Assembly: GCF_031769215.1 (NCBI RefSeq)
Contig: NW_026782168.1
Coordinates: 62,001-126,000 of the forward strand
Direction: 5' to 3'
Length of the DNA: 64,000 nt
Source of the DNA: Ylistrum balloti
Lineage: Eukaryota
Below the pieces are notes generated by a model. It was given only the letters and a program-made list of their open reading frames with translations. It was not told where the DNA came from and searched no databases. Position 1 is the stretch's first letter, and each line of letters begins with the position of its first letter. Positions 51,042-63,864 of this stretch are shown here, piece after piece. The position numbers were made by a program, and so were the translations under genes.

Positions 51042-54000
51042 ATGCCACCCCCAGATCGGTAAGAAAACCATGTCTCACTTTGGTACATTGTAATGATGTC
51101 GTGGTGATTTTACATGGATGTGAAGGCGAGAGCTTAGTCTGTTAATTTCGATATTAGTTTATTCAGATTGAAAAGTATGTGTAAATAAACTGACGCAATT
51201 GTCGACTCACAGTTTCACATTGAACTCAGCGTATTGAGAATATAACACTCTACTAGTGTTATCTAGATCATTAAATTCAAAGGCCATCTTTTACGCGAGG
51301 GAAATCTACAACGAATAACCGTATGTTGTCTCTTGTGTTCCAAGACAAACTGACAAATATATTTAAATGGTAATATATAAAATGCCTTCGTTCTAAAACT
51401 AGCAAAGTAGCTTCTAGCAAAAACGTTCAACACTTACAGATTATTTCGATATAAAGTAATATTTTCATATGAGATTGTTCCTGTTTTATTATCTATAGTT
51501 TACAGTAAACATAGTTCACACATAGTGTGTCGGAATATAATGTGACTATACATGTATATATACTTGGTAGAATACAGATACTCACGTTCTAAAATCACAA
51601 CTCATTGTTTTACCTTTAAATGGAAATGAAAGTGAAAGTTTAATGAATGTCATTTATAGGCTTTTACTACTATGCTGCAGAGGGAATAAATGCTCCTTTG
51701 AATGGTAAAGTAAAACCCACAAGGAAAAAGCAACATGATATCTTGTAGGGATGTAACTCAATAGACATCTGACACCATCTTCTGTGGTGTCTGGTTGGAA
51801 TCCATGTTCTAGAAAAGAGTGATCCAAAGCTTAAAACCCAATGCTTTCATTAAAACAGTCATACTGACAACACATATTGAATTGATCATGAAAGCATACG
51901 TGTAATGAGTTTCATTGGGAATGATTAGATCAGTAGAAATTCAGAATACTTTTTCTGGGGTGTTGAAGGGTTTGGTAATGGTAAACATTTCTTGTCAATG
52001 CAGAATACCTAATATCCTTTGAAGTGATTTCCCCCACAGAGAATTTGGGGTGGGGAAGGAGGGGACTGTAGGCCTTCTAAGAAGTTAGGTCATCTGACCT
52101 GAAGGGTCAGGATGATCTATAGCCATTGTGTTTCGTCCGTCATCGTCAGCTGTCTGCCATGCCTAAGCTTTCCATTCGAATGACTTCTCAATAACCAAAA
52201 TGTCCAAGATCTGGATATTTGGCCTGTAGCATGATGGGATGAAGGGCTACCAAGTTTGTTAAAAGGAATTACCTTGACATACTTTCAAGGTCACAGAGCT
52301 CAAATATCTTAAGATCTTTTAAACAACTTCTTCTCAATAACCAAAATTCTCAGTGTGCTGATATTGGATCTATATGATGCTGGGATGCAGGGCTACCAAG
52401 GTCCATGCTGCTGATATTAGACTTGTTGGGACTGTAGCCTGTTGAGATGAATGGCTACAAAGTTCTTTGTAAGCTGGAGGGTAGTTGAGTAATTTATTGG
52501 TCTATTTGCCCTTTTTCATACATAGGTCTTCATAGTCAGCTGACCATTCAGGTCCATGGGCCTGTTGTTGATTTATAAACTGTTAAACTTGGACTGTAGG
52601 CCTGCTAGTTGAGACTCTTGTTCACAAATTCAGAGAAAACCCTGCTGATCTTGCTATATTTAGTCAAAATTTTGCTATACATAGTTTTTATTTGTGGAAG
52701 GTAAAGTATATATACAGTTACACAAATTTAAATGGATTGTCTATTTAGCAATTAGACTGTAAACACTTTGTGTAATATACTGATGTTTGGTTACATAAGT
52801 GTTGTTTTGAAAAATAAAGAAAACATTTAGTGCTGGTTATGTTTTCATTACAGATGGCTTGATTATTCCAATGTTGGAAAAGTTATTCCAGGAACTAACA
52901 TTTTGTGCTTCAAAGTACCACTGAAAAATGTAAGGAACTTTTCACATCTACTTCATATAACCCAAAATTTAAGCTTCTTTTCATCTCTGTAAAATGTACT
53001 TCATTCTTCATAAGAATGACATAATCTGTTGATGTAGGATGTCAAACTTTCTCTTACCTTTACAAGACTTTACATGAGTGGTCATGTCATATTGAATTTA
53101 TTAAATGAGTTCAATCATTTGACAACATAACACATGAGGCAAATGTTATATTACTAAACAAGTTTGATAAATTCATTATGACATGCCCAAAACTCATAAT
53201 ATTCATAATATGACTCAAATTGATTAGCAAATATAGTGTAACAGAAATCCCTCATATGTTTCTCATAAGATGGTAGATTTTTGAGACAGAGGGGGCATAC
53301 TAATATTTATTCATTTATATACAACATTACAATAGTGTTATTTTACCTGTATCTATGATATTTATTACACGAGTATCACATACCTGAAAAGGATGGTTAT
53401 ATAATAATAATTATGTTTCCAGACATGTCTTGTGTCCATCACTGCTGGACAGTACTATCTGACCCATGACCACATGTCCAGATCTTTATTGTTACGACAT
53501 AAAAACTCGTTATTAAACTTTTCATTTCAATAACTCTGATTGAAGGAGGAACTGTCAGAATAAAGTCCTTTATCTTGACACCTTGTTCTGAATCAGCTGG
53601 TATTGCTTAAGATTTACAGGAATTGAAACACTTTTACAATGTGACAAGTGGTATGTTGCTTAATGAACAACTGAATGGTACATTTTGTACATCCATAATG
53701 ACCCAAGACTCTAAAATTATAATGGTAAGCTTGTGTTTTTAGCCAATAACTCCAGTCTTTCTATAGAGATCAGTCGGTTACAAAATATCTGGTATAGATT
53801 TATCTCCCCCCCTTTTTTTTAATAATGATTGTTATATTGGTAGAATCAAGGAGGTATGATACAATTCAGTTGTTGTGATGTCAATTTTAAAACAAATCAC
53901 TGTTTATTTCTCATTTTAAAGGGACTTTTGAGACAAGTACCACCAGATTTGTGGTAAGTATCAAACTGTGTTACCCAGGTAAAAACATGTTAAAGAACTG

Positions 54001-57000
54001 ACTTTCCCAGCTTTATGACAATGGCAGGTTTTATTCTGAGCTGAAATATGTTAGCATAGTCTAAAAACAAAGTTTTCCAAATATCTATTTGTAAAGTTGA
54101 TGATTTCACACTTTTTTTTGACAGGTTCACCCCGAAACAATTGATTGATCATGTTGAGAAGGAACAGCATAAATTAAAATTGGTCATAGATCTTACCTTC
54201 ACTACAAAATACTACTTTAAAGATGTAAGTATGGTTTAATGGTAAGGATGACACATTGTTTTATGATGGATCAGTATGTACAGACTTAACACTGCATACA
54301 AAGTTCAGAGTCAACTTTTTAAACAATGAAGCATGATCTCAGTAACAAAAGAACAACTCATCGTGTCTTGTTTTGTTAAGAAAATTATACCTTGAACAGA
54401 GCAAGTAGAACAAAAATTAAAGACATTGCATAGTCATGTCTTAAAGAATTATAACCATGGGGAATCATGGTAAATTTTGTCCCACCATGAAGTAGCAGGA
54501 GCAGAACAGGCAATTCTTTTCTGTTGACTTCGGTGTCCATATTAGATTTCTGAATTCCTGTCATTTTTATTTACAGGAATTTACGAAAAATGGAGTCAAG
54601 TACCTTAAAATATTTACAGAAGGACATGTGATACCTCACGATGATGTGGTTCACAGGTCAGTAATTACATTTAATACCTTGTGTTCATTATAGTGTAATG
54701 ACAATATCACATGTGGTGATGCATGTTCATGGTAACAACTGTAAGTTTATTATGTTTGTTTATTGTAATGATATAACTCTTTGAATAATGATGAATTGTG
54801 ACAAGATATACCTTAGATTTATCTGACAAATAAAGATGATAAACTGTTTGGTTTTGTTTGTTTTTAGGTTTTATGATGCTATCGAAACCAATAAAGCTAT
54901 GAGTGAAAAAGGTAACACTTCTGCTTCTTCTGGTGTCTGATATTGTGTGTTACTTTGAAATTATGAACTATGGAAGGTGATGCCATTATAGGGTTAGAAG
55001 GTTAAAAGTCAAGGTTCATGACTTCAAAAAAAAATAGTCTTCCACATATTAATTAACTCCCTTTGATTGCAAAAAAATTGTTACATAAAAAATGCATCTA
55101 TCATTTAATGCCTTCTAAGCTGTTGACTTTGTTAATATATTTTTGTGAAATTCTTATATCTACTGGTAAGTTAATATGTCTATATGTAAATATGTCTCAA
55201 AAGTGTCAAGGCCATATGTTTCAAAGTATGCCAAAGTATCATATATATATTCATGTGTCTAGTTGTAGGATATTTTTTTGTAGTGTGACTATTGGTTACA
55301 AGTCCATGTATGTCATATTTTGTCAGTGTTTACAGAAATAAAGTGTAAGGCACTGACAAAGTAAATAGAAAGTTAATGAAGGATAACACAAATGATAAAT
55401 AAATAAAAACAAAATTGCGAATTTCAGGTGATGTGGTAGGAGTGCACTGTACCCATGGTATTAACAGGACAGGCTACATGGTGTGTAGGTAAGTCACATA
55501 ATATTTATAAATGTGAATAGTCACATTTTATAGTTGCTGTTTAATTCCACATTCAACAAAATTGTAACAAAGTGCTTTATGTACTATGAGAGAGTATTCA
55601 GTGATGGTTTCCTGTCATGTACTACTAGAAAACTTTTCTTGGGTTATGTAAAAATATGGTTAAAACAAAGAGAGAGGACATTTTTGGAAGCTCTTTGCTG
55701 ATGTCACTAATATATTAGAATGTGATTAATTAGAGTATTTCAGATTTGACCTGATTATTGATTTCTTTTTCTCTTCTGATTATATTATAGTGAAATCTGC
55801 ATAATATCATGCTCCATTTATCAAGGTAAAATGTGATAATAAGTGGAATGTGACATAAACAGTTTACAAGTTTTTTGGACATCTGAACCTGGAAGTTAAC
55901 TTTCTGATGCACCAAACTGACTTGTTTCTTACAGAATTGGTTGGAAGACCAGAATCTCTAAATCTGCTTTGTTTTCTAATTTGTACAGTGATTTTTCTTA
56001 ACTTTTTCTTAAACTGTTTATTTATTCTTTGGAATATCTAACCTGTTTCCAAAATCATTATGAATGATCATGTGTATCTGGTTAGTCCAACACTAACACT
56101 GTATTTGATGTTAACTAAACCACCGAATGAGATACGTACATGGATTTTTTTCCTACAGGTACATGATAGAACGGCTAGCCTTTAAGCCAGAGGAAGCCAT
56201 ATCAGGCAAGTCTTTTGAAGAAAAATCTTGGTTATCAAATGTGTAACTTTTATGTAACAGATAGTTATCAGTCTTGTAGTAAGAGATGCAGGAGGGCATG
56301 GATACACTTTACTGGTTTTATATACTGGAGGAAATATACTTGTTGATCACACACAAATTTTCATACTTTATCAAACATTTTTCAATAACCACACTGATGT
56401 TTCAGTAGCAGTTTACAGGAAATAACACATTTGTAAGGATTTAATCTTAACACATTCTTAAATCAAACATTTATCAATTAATCTAACATGTACTGAAGTG
56501 GAATACTCTGTAGTTACAGCCCTTGATTATTCAGTGTTGGTTTGGACTTTCCCTCCTTCACTCATTATTTGATATTATTTTACCTTCATTGTAGGATTCT
56601 GTAAAACTGTTTATCTTGTAACAGGTATAATTCATTGTTACAACTCTTTTTTTTTATGTCTTTTTAGCTTTCAATGCAGCACGAGGTCATGACATTGAAA
56701 GAGAGAACTACCTGGCCGACCTGCACACCAAAACATTGTAAGTTGTCACTTAGTACAGCGCCAATAATTAATGGGACGAACGTCTAACAGTTCGGTGAGA
56801 TCAGACCGATTTTTACTCAACCAGAGTCTGTACAATAACAGAAAACATACAAGCGTTCCACTAAGGGAAATAACTCATGATCAACATAGTAAACACCAGT
56901 GGCGTGATTCCTTTCATCTTTTTCACCTTCAGAATATCAAAAGAATTATCTTATGATATAAGAAAATGTCATAATACGTCATTTATAACATAAGAGTTAT

Positions 57001-60000
57001 AAAACACTGAAACATGTCTTTCTGGCACAGATAGAAATCACTATTAATAGACCACATAGTCTTTCAGGTGTGTTGGCAGCCGGCGCTCCCTCTGTGGTCG
57101 AGGTTGAGTGTGCCTGTCAACTACATCAGTTTGGTCATCGTCAGTTTCGTTGTCCTCGCGCATTGCTGGTGGACTACTTGTATGTAACAATTCGGGTGGA
57201 GTAGATAGTACTACGGGCGCGGGCATAGAACATGGTTCCGTTGAAGCCATATGAGGGATTGGGGTCTCGGTCCTGTTTTCGATGCTCTGTTCACTATGTG
57301 GGGTTATTAATGTAGTTTCTATAACATCCTCTGTGCCGTCTTCACACTTTGACAGGTTCACAGATACGGAAAGCTCGGGAGGTATGCGGAAACATTCATT
57401 CGCCTTCACTTTATAAGAACCGGATCGCAGCTGTCTCCCCGCGAATTTTTTGACATAACACCAGTCATCAGATATTGATACTACAATGTATCTTGGGCGT
57501 GCCCTTGTCTTATCCTTATCGGAATACAGGTAGTTAATATCTCCTATGGATAACGAAGGCTGCGAATATGGGCCTTTTGTTCCTGACTTAGACAGAGCAC
57601 TACTCGTGTGATTAGACTCACGGCGATCGATAGTGTGTTGTATGATGTCTTTGTCGACAAATGGCAACTGCTCATGGTTGAACTGGTTGTGTTGGGTATA
57701 TAATTCACGAGCGGATAGCCCAGCACTCCTGATGCGAGAGTTGAGGCGGGCTACAGCAATTGATAAGGTCAGCGGAGATACAGGTCCACCTCCAGGCTCT
57801 TGCCTCAAAAGCTCCTCCTCAAGCTCTGCCACTGCCTTCTCAGCGACAGGATTCTTGTTGGGGTTTTTGACACGGCCAATTTCTAGGTTTATACGGAAAC
57901 GCTCAAGAAGAATGTCGTCGCGTATTGACATAAATCCAGGTGCCGGGTCGACTCGGACAACAGCGTGGGGCCCATCGAGTGGATGAAGTTCCATGCAGAG
58001 TCTAAGTAAAGCATCACACAATGTTTCTGACTTTTCATCGCTGATTATGAGGGCGGTGGTAAAAGCTGTTACAGACTCGCGCAGAACAAATATCATTTGA
58101 CGATTACGCTTCATAACGTCCGCGGCAAATTTAACACCAACTGCATCAGGTGGCGGCTCTGAAGTTTGGTCAGTGTATGCTTTAGGCAACTTTCGTAACG
58201 ATGAACAGGTATGACACGAGTCGCACACATGCTCAATCGATGTAGACATATCAAGCGCGTAAAAGCTGTGTTTCATGAGGACGAGCATTTGATGCTTTGT
58301 TGGGTGGTCAAGACGAATATGCATAGCTGTGACTAAGCCGTCTAAGACACTATGTGGGACAATAATGAGCTCTGTCAAAGACTGCAGTGGGACATTTTGA
58401 CGAACTATGAGTAGGCCATCCCTCGAGATAGTGGCTACATTTAAGTAATGTTTAACATCTCGAATGTTTGTGAGCTTTCTGGAGGGTCTGGTTCCTTGTT
58501 TGAGATGAGCATGAACCCGTCTCAAGTCTGGACATTCGGACTGAATACTGATCCAGGCGGAACGAGTTGTGAATGGTAGAGATTGAATTGTGGCAAGTGG
58601 ATCCTGAGACTTTGTGTTGCGAACCACGGAGTCCTCTGTCTGTATGATAAAATTGCAGATCTGACAAGACGGGTCATTGCAGTCGGCTGCATTCCAGCTC
58701 GCAAAATCAGATGGTAAATTGGCAGATCCAGCGAGGTGTTGTAAGTCGACTTGGTATCGGCTCGCAGTAGATAGAAATGATGTTACCCTGGGGCTTGCAG
58801 AGAATTCACCTCGACGGAGCTTTTGTATGGCCTGCACACACACGGTTTGCTGTCTGTCAAGACACACGCGGTATGGCGTGACTGTATGATAAAGGGGCTG
58901 AAATGCTTGATTGCGGCTGCTATGCACAAAGCCTCAACCTCGCAGGGTAGCCATGTAACTAAGTTTGGCGCTAAAGAATCCAGCAAGTGGAATGTTTTTG
59001 TCACGCCTCACATAGAGAATTGCCCCAATGCCAGACTTGCTGACTGATCCATCTGTAACTATCCAGATCTGATCGTTTTCACACAGTATAATGATTTCTT
59101 TGGCACCGAGGAGTTCAGTTTGAGCAACCTGGAAATATTCTGAGAGTTCATCTGTCCAAATAATCTTGTCTTTTGACTGAAGTCCACAGATAGCATCTTC
59201 AAGGGAGCAATGTTTTGTGAGCAACTTCGAAGAACGCGAGCAAGGACTTTATACGCTCCAATGAACGAACGGAGCCCATGAACAGATTCCGGTGACTTAC
59301 ATGACGTGAGCACAGAGATTTAGTGAGGGCTTGCAGAAAGTCGTCCTTGTGACCATATCCATCCTAGGATTGTCGTGGAGCGGGGACAAATGATGGTCTT
59401 TGCCGAAGACAGACGGAGACCGCAACTGTTGATAACATTCATTACCGTCGACCAATTGTTAAAAAGTTCGTCTGGAGTATTGCCACCACAATACAGGTCG
59501 TCTGCTAGCTTCACGACAATACCAGCCTGTAACTGGTCACCTAACACGCGACACATGAGCTCCTCCAACATGGTTTCAGAACCCGGCATTCCCATTGCAC
59601 ACTGCGTATAAACGCGAACGCCCTTGTACGGAGTTACGATGCCGCAATACTTCTAGAGATTGTCTAGACAGAGGAATCTGGTGAAAGGCTTTGGTTAAAT
59701 CGGTAACAATCAGATACTTCCATTGGCCAATCCTACGCAAAGTGGAGTCCACATCTGGCATTAAGGAAGGTTGGGGTTTTGAGTAACGACCAACATCCTA
59801 GAACGCGGTGACAAGTCTATGTCCACCATTGGACTTGGACACTAAGAAAGAAGGATTGAGATACTCAACTGTTATTCCGAGGTCTTCTGGTTTCTTCAAT
59901 ACCACGAGAGACTCTAGCTCATCGCATTTCTGTTGCAAAAGAAGTTGCTTCTCCTTTGAGTACCGAGGGAGACGCCCTTTTCTCTGAGGAGGTTGTGTGG

Positions 60001-63000
60001 GGCCCATGTTTATGTTGGCCTCAAATCTTCCAGCAGCGCCGTTGTATCCTTTAAAGTTAGGGTCAAAAAGCGAATCATGTTCACGGAGGAGACTTCGAAA
60101 TTTTAGCCTATGATCTTCGGAAAGGATGTCATCCGGATCAACTCTGACAGAGTCGGAGTGGTAGGAGTTGCTGGAAGGTCTTTTATTATGACCAGTTTTG
60201 ACAGCTGTAGGTACATGCGCGTTTGGTAAAGTGTGATGAGGTACAGGTTTCGTCAGCAACACTTGGCAAAAATGGTTGCTCTTCTTGAGACGTTGCGGTT
60301 CATTGGTATTGTTTACTACTCGTACCTTTCCGCCTACTGCATCAACAATATTTGGTTCCAGCCACATACCGACAGAAGAACAGCTTACCATTCGAGGTTC
60401 AATTGCAACAATACCTTTGGGCGGTAGGTCCTCTGGCAGTCCGAGATCAATATGTTCCCCTGGCCATATGGTGGTGGAGGGGGTTCTCAGGACAAAGGCT
60501 TGTGTGCGGCGTACACAATTATGTTGGCTGAGTCGTTATGGAACATTGTATTTAATGACATAGGAGTCGCCTACCATAATTTCATGACGAGCGGGCCGAA
60601 TGCTGATGTCATTGCTTGACAAGAACGGAATACCGGCAAGAACGTCAACATCAAGATCTTTGACGACAAGGGCTTCTATATGACGAACGGTGTTGTCCCT
60701 GGTTACATCAAAATGTGTCTCTCAAACAATTTCTAGAGGAGTACTACCGTCGGCCTGTAAAGCATTTTGATTGGTAGGCTGAATGTTGACACCAAGATGG
60801 TCTGCTGTTGATGCTTTAATCATACTGATTTCAGCGCCACTGTCTAGTGTAATACACAAGACACGTTGGCCAAAGTAGGCTTTCATCTGCGGTGACTGTT
60901 TAATACTAACACGACGGGAAGTAGGTACGGACTCATCAATCTCAAAGTTCTTGTGCTGGTCCGGTGCAGTGTCTTCGCAGTCAGAGATGATCTTGTCAAC
61001 AGCGATAGATTGCCTAGCATGACTCATAAACTGTTTGTCCTCAGATGGCAAATATTTACACACGCTTAGATAATGGTCAAACCTTGGCCTGCCTGCTTGC
61101 TTGCAAAGAGGGCACATTTTTCCAGGGCTCATCTGTGTCCGCGTTATCGAACCACCAGGCGATGTGTGACCCTTTGTTTTGAAGGCAGTGCAAAGTACCT
61201 TTGCGTCATTATTAGAGCGGATTTCCAATAATAAGCTATCTAAAGCCTGTGAGATCTCTGGCTTGAGACTGGCTAATGGCTTAGCCCGCAGCTCTGGGCC
61301 GTAGCGTTTTACTGAGGATGGCAAGTCCTTGTTTACGAGCCGCAACCATGTTAACGTGACAAGGTTTTCGAGAGAGGGCGAGCTTTCCTCATTGGACTCA
61401 GGAGTTGTGCCATGATGGGTTATCCCCCCTCCTACCTGCAGAAGGTCGTCTTCAATGAAGCTGTTTAACCTCTGGTACAAGTCTTCGGGACGCTCCCCCG
61501 GCTCCAGCTTAATTGTATCAAAGTCCAGAAAGTGTGTGCCGGTGGATTGAAATCTGAAGTGAGTACGGATAGCTTGCCAGATTGACTGTATTGACGTAGA
61601 CTGTTTGACTACTGTGCTTCGCGAGATAATTGGACAATAATTTGCGATTTGCCCTAGCATTAATTCAAGGTGGGCAACTTTTTAAGCGGCTGTGCGACGT
61701 GAAGCTTCTGGGACTCTATCGTTATCGTTGGTGAGGCCACAAGTTGGGTTGGTAGCACTTTTCTTGGTCCATACTGACCCATCAATGAGGAATATAGCGA
61801 AGTTTGGGTCTAGTGAGAGGGTATATTGTAAATTCTGTCTCCATGCTTCAAAAGAAGTGATAGTTTCATTTTTAGTTAGAGACCATTGTTTTGGAGCACG
61901 AGTTGAAGCCATCTTCATATAACTTGGGCACACTGTAGGCCTATAATTACGTAGAGTACATACAATAGGTTGTCTGGACCGGGATAACACACACAGATTT
62001 TTTTTTTTTTTTTAAAGTGATGAAAAATTATTCAAACTGTAGCTTTACTTCCGATTTATGTTCAATAATCTCAAGCCACTACCTGGGATATAGTACAGTT
62101 ACTTTCAATTTCACAACTGGTATATCCGGTGCAAGATTTCACCTACTTACAGCTATTGAATAAACTGCCCTGTTATGCTTCGATCGCTTACAACTCGTCA
62201 CATTGTTGTAGGGGCGTATGTAAGTTCAAACCGCTGCCACCACGCCAATAATTAATGGGACGAACGTCTAACAGTTCGGTGAGATCAGACCGATCTTTAC
62301 TCAACCAGAGTCTGTACAATAACAGAAAACATACAAGCATTCCACTAAGGGAAATAACTCATGATCAACATAGTAAACACCAGTGGCGCAGAATGACCAG
62401 CTATAGCCTTTCTATAGAAATACCTGTCTATAATAGTTACTTCTGTGTACCTCTCTATAGAAATACCTGTCTATAATAGTTACTTCTGTGTACCTCTCTA
62501 TAGCAATACCTGTCTATAATAGTTACTTCTGTGTACCTCTCTATAGAAATACCTGTCTATAATAGTTACTTCTGTGTACCTCTCTATAGCAATACCTGTC
62601 TATAATAGTTACTTCTGTGTACCTCTCTATGTAAATACCTGTCTAAAATGTTTTTTATTATATGAAAGTCTTAACTGCAGCATTTTAAAGGAAATATCTG
62701 TCTATACAGGTCACTTCTTTTTCAGTTTATAACCAAATATATGTATACCTTTTATTCTTACCTGTATAAACCAAATATCTGAAAAAATACTACATGTAAC
62801 TGTCATACATTACAGAGTTAATATCACAGGTGTGATAGATTATCTTATCACCTGTAATGAATTATCATTTGATGATGTAAATATACACATCTGTTTTGGG
62901 TATTTTCAGTTTGGAAGGCTACAAGAATGAAGGAAGGCACACACTTGAACAGAAGAAGCCCAACTGGAATGATTCACATAAACCTGTTGAGAAGAGATAT

Positions 63001-63864
63001 AGGTCAGAGCGTTCTAGTAGTCAAACTAAAGAACATGGTCGTTATGACCAACATGCTGGTAGCCATTATAGAGATGACCGGAGTCGTTATAACCAAGATT
63101 TGGGTAGTAGTGGTAGCCAGAGTAGAGGTTTCCATAGTAACAGTTACCATGACAATGCCAGATATGACCCATCCAATGCTGATAGATATCACTATGGTGA
63201 ATACACATACGAGATTGAAGAAGGACGGAGAGACATGCCAAGTGAATATTCAAATTATCACAGCCACCATGGCAACTCCTGGGGGCACAATGATGGTGAT
63301 CACAATCTACATCTGAGTCATGGATACCACATTTACCATGATACATCCTGGGGTCAGGACTATAGAGGCAAAGGTGATGGCTATAGAGGTCAAGGTCAAC
63401 ATTATAGAGGTCAAAGTTATGACTCTAGAGGTCAAGGTCAGCGCTATGGAGGTAGATACAATAGAGACTATGGCACTAGAGATCATGATATGGGTTATGA
63501 AAGACAAAGACAGGACTACAGAGGTCAAGAATATGCAAGGTCACCCCGTGGAAACTGGCGCAATTCAAACAGTGGTCAACAATCTCACCACGGGTATAAC
63601 TCTTTCAGTTCAAGAGATCACAAAGGGTTGGACCTACATCAAAGTCGTAAAGCTTCAGACAGACCTCACAGTGGTAGGTATACAAGTAGATACAATGACC
63701 AATCAAGACATAGTCAAGATAATAACAGTCACCAAGAAAGAGAAACTGACAGACCCAATACTGCATTACAAGGCCATGGACATCAAGATACTACACAACA
63801 AATCCATGGACAGCAGGACTCACAATTTGACTCTTCCGATGCTACACTAGGGCATGGACATTGA
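51042..63864 (+). CDS. DUSP11: RNA/RNP complex-1-interacting phosphatase (DUSP11/PIR1-like RNA 5'-phosphatase; spliced gene)
   Basis: Phase-consistent exons 51042-51058, 52854-52929, 53922-53953, 54125-54224, 54577-54656, 54868-54911, 55428-55488, 56159-56205 (GC donor), 56668-56737, 62910-63864. [24 protein letters not shown], catalytic [12 protein letters not shown] and [15 protein letters not shown] match recalled DUSP11. No guanylyltransferase domain follows, which argues against RNGTT. Confidence 0.88.
52085..52569 (+). mobile_element. HINE-like element
   Basis: 5' catctgacctgaagggtcaggatg hairpin, cgtccgtcatcgtc microsatellite, internal repeats containing gggctaccaag, 3' tcaggtccatgggcctgttgtt hairpin end. 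Confidence 0.55.
56759..56904 (-). repeat. 3' LTR
   Basis: Direct repeat of 62243-62388, preceded in element orientation by the purine tract gaaggtgaaaaagatgaaagga. Confidence 0.92.
57044..58927 (-). CDS. Intact remnant ORF of pol: end of RNase H plus integrase
   Basis: HHCC motif (HIRLDHP...CDSCHTC), catalytic [13 protein letters not shown] and NPVAEKAV with 35 residues between D and E; basic tail [18 protein letters not shown]. Confidence 0.85.
   Translation of the reverse strand: MHSSRNQAFQPLYHTVTPYRVCLDRQQTVCVQAIQKLRRGEFSASPRVTSFLSTASRYQVDLQHLAGSANLPSDFASWNAADCNDPSCQICNFIIQTEDSVVRNTKSQDPLATIQSLPFTTRSAWISIQSECPDLRRVHAHLKQGTRPSRKLTNIRDVKHYLNVATISRDGLLIVRQNVPLQSLTELIIVPHSVLDGLVTAMHIRLDHPTKHQMLVLMKHSFYALDMSTSIEHVCDSCHTCSSLRKLPKAYTDQTSEPPPDAVGVKFAADVMKRNRQMIFVLRESVTAFTTALIISDEKSETLCDALLRLCMELHPLDGPHAVVRVDPAPGFMSIRDDILLERFRINLEIGRVKNPNKNPVAEKAVAELEEELLRQEPGGGPVSPLTLSIAVARLNSRIRSAGLSARELYTQHNQFNHEQLPFVDKDIIQHTIDRRESNHTSSALSKSGTKGPYSQPSLSIGDINYLYSDKDKTRARPRYIVVSISDDWCYVKKFAGRQLRSGSYKVKANECFRIPPELSVSVNLSKCEDGTEDVIETTLITPHSEQSIENRTETPIPHMASTEPCSMPAPVVLSTPPELLHTSSPPAMREDNETDDDQTDVVDRHTQPRPQRERRLPTHLKDYVVY
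57044..61912 (-). pseudogene. Disrupted single gag-pol ORF of the LTR element
   Basis: Starts [14 protein letters not shown] at 61912; zinc knuckle CPLC...H...C; protease LDSGAEIS; [13 protein letters not shown] and [10 protein letters not shown]; RNase H VTDGS, EVEAL and LTDSKP. In-frame stops at 61684, 60724, 60538, 59800 and 59322, plus four frameshifts between ORF-track segments. Confidence 0.9.
62230..62242 (-). promoter_or_regulatory. Primer-binding site complementary to tRNA-Leu 3' end
   Basis: Minus strand TGGTGGCAGCGGT directly after the 5' LTR; complements the ...ACCGCUGCCACCA end of animal tRNA-Leu(AAG/UAG) as recalled. Confidence 0.75.
62243..62388 (-). repeat. 5' LTR
   Basis: Direct repeat of 56759-56904; both ends read CGCCA...TGGCG. 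Confidence 0.92.
62411..62645. repeat. 43-bp tandem repeat, about 5 copies
   Basis: tctatagaaatacctgtctataatagttacttctgtgtacctc at 62411, 62454, 62497 and onward. Confidence 0.95.

Larger units (their letters stand above)
56759..62388 (-). mobile_element. Full-length Ty3/gypsy-type LTR retrotransposon (coding-defective; possibly Troyka-like)
   Basis: 146-bp direct LTRs (56759-56904 and 62243-62388, 2 mismatches), PBS 62230-62242, PPT about 56909-56930, gag-PR-RT-RH-IN order, and CAG duplicated on both flanks (56756-56758, 62389-62391). Confidence 0.95.

Noticed and set aside
51042-56737. mRNA capping enzyme RNGTT
   Set aside because: The phosphatase domain is related, but it is followed by a low-complexity exon and stop rather than a guanylyltransferase domain.
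57544-61922. Plus-strand and alternate-frame ORFs within the retrotransposon (e.g. 57633-57986, 61692-61922)
   Set aside because: These are shadows of gag-pol with no env-like or other recognisable features.
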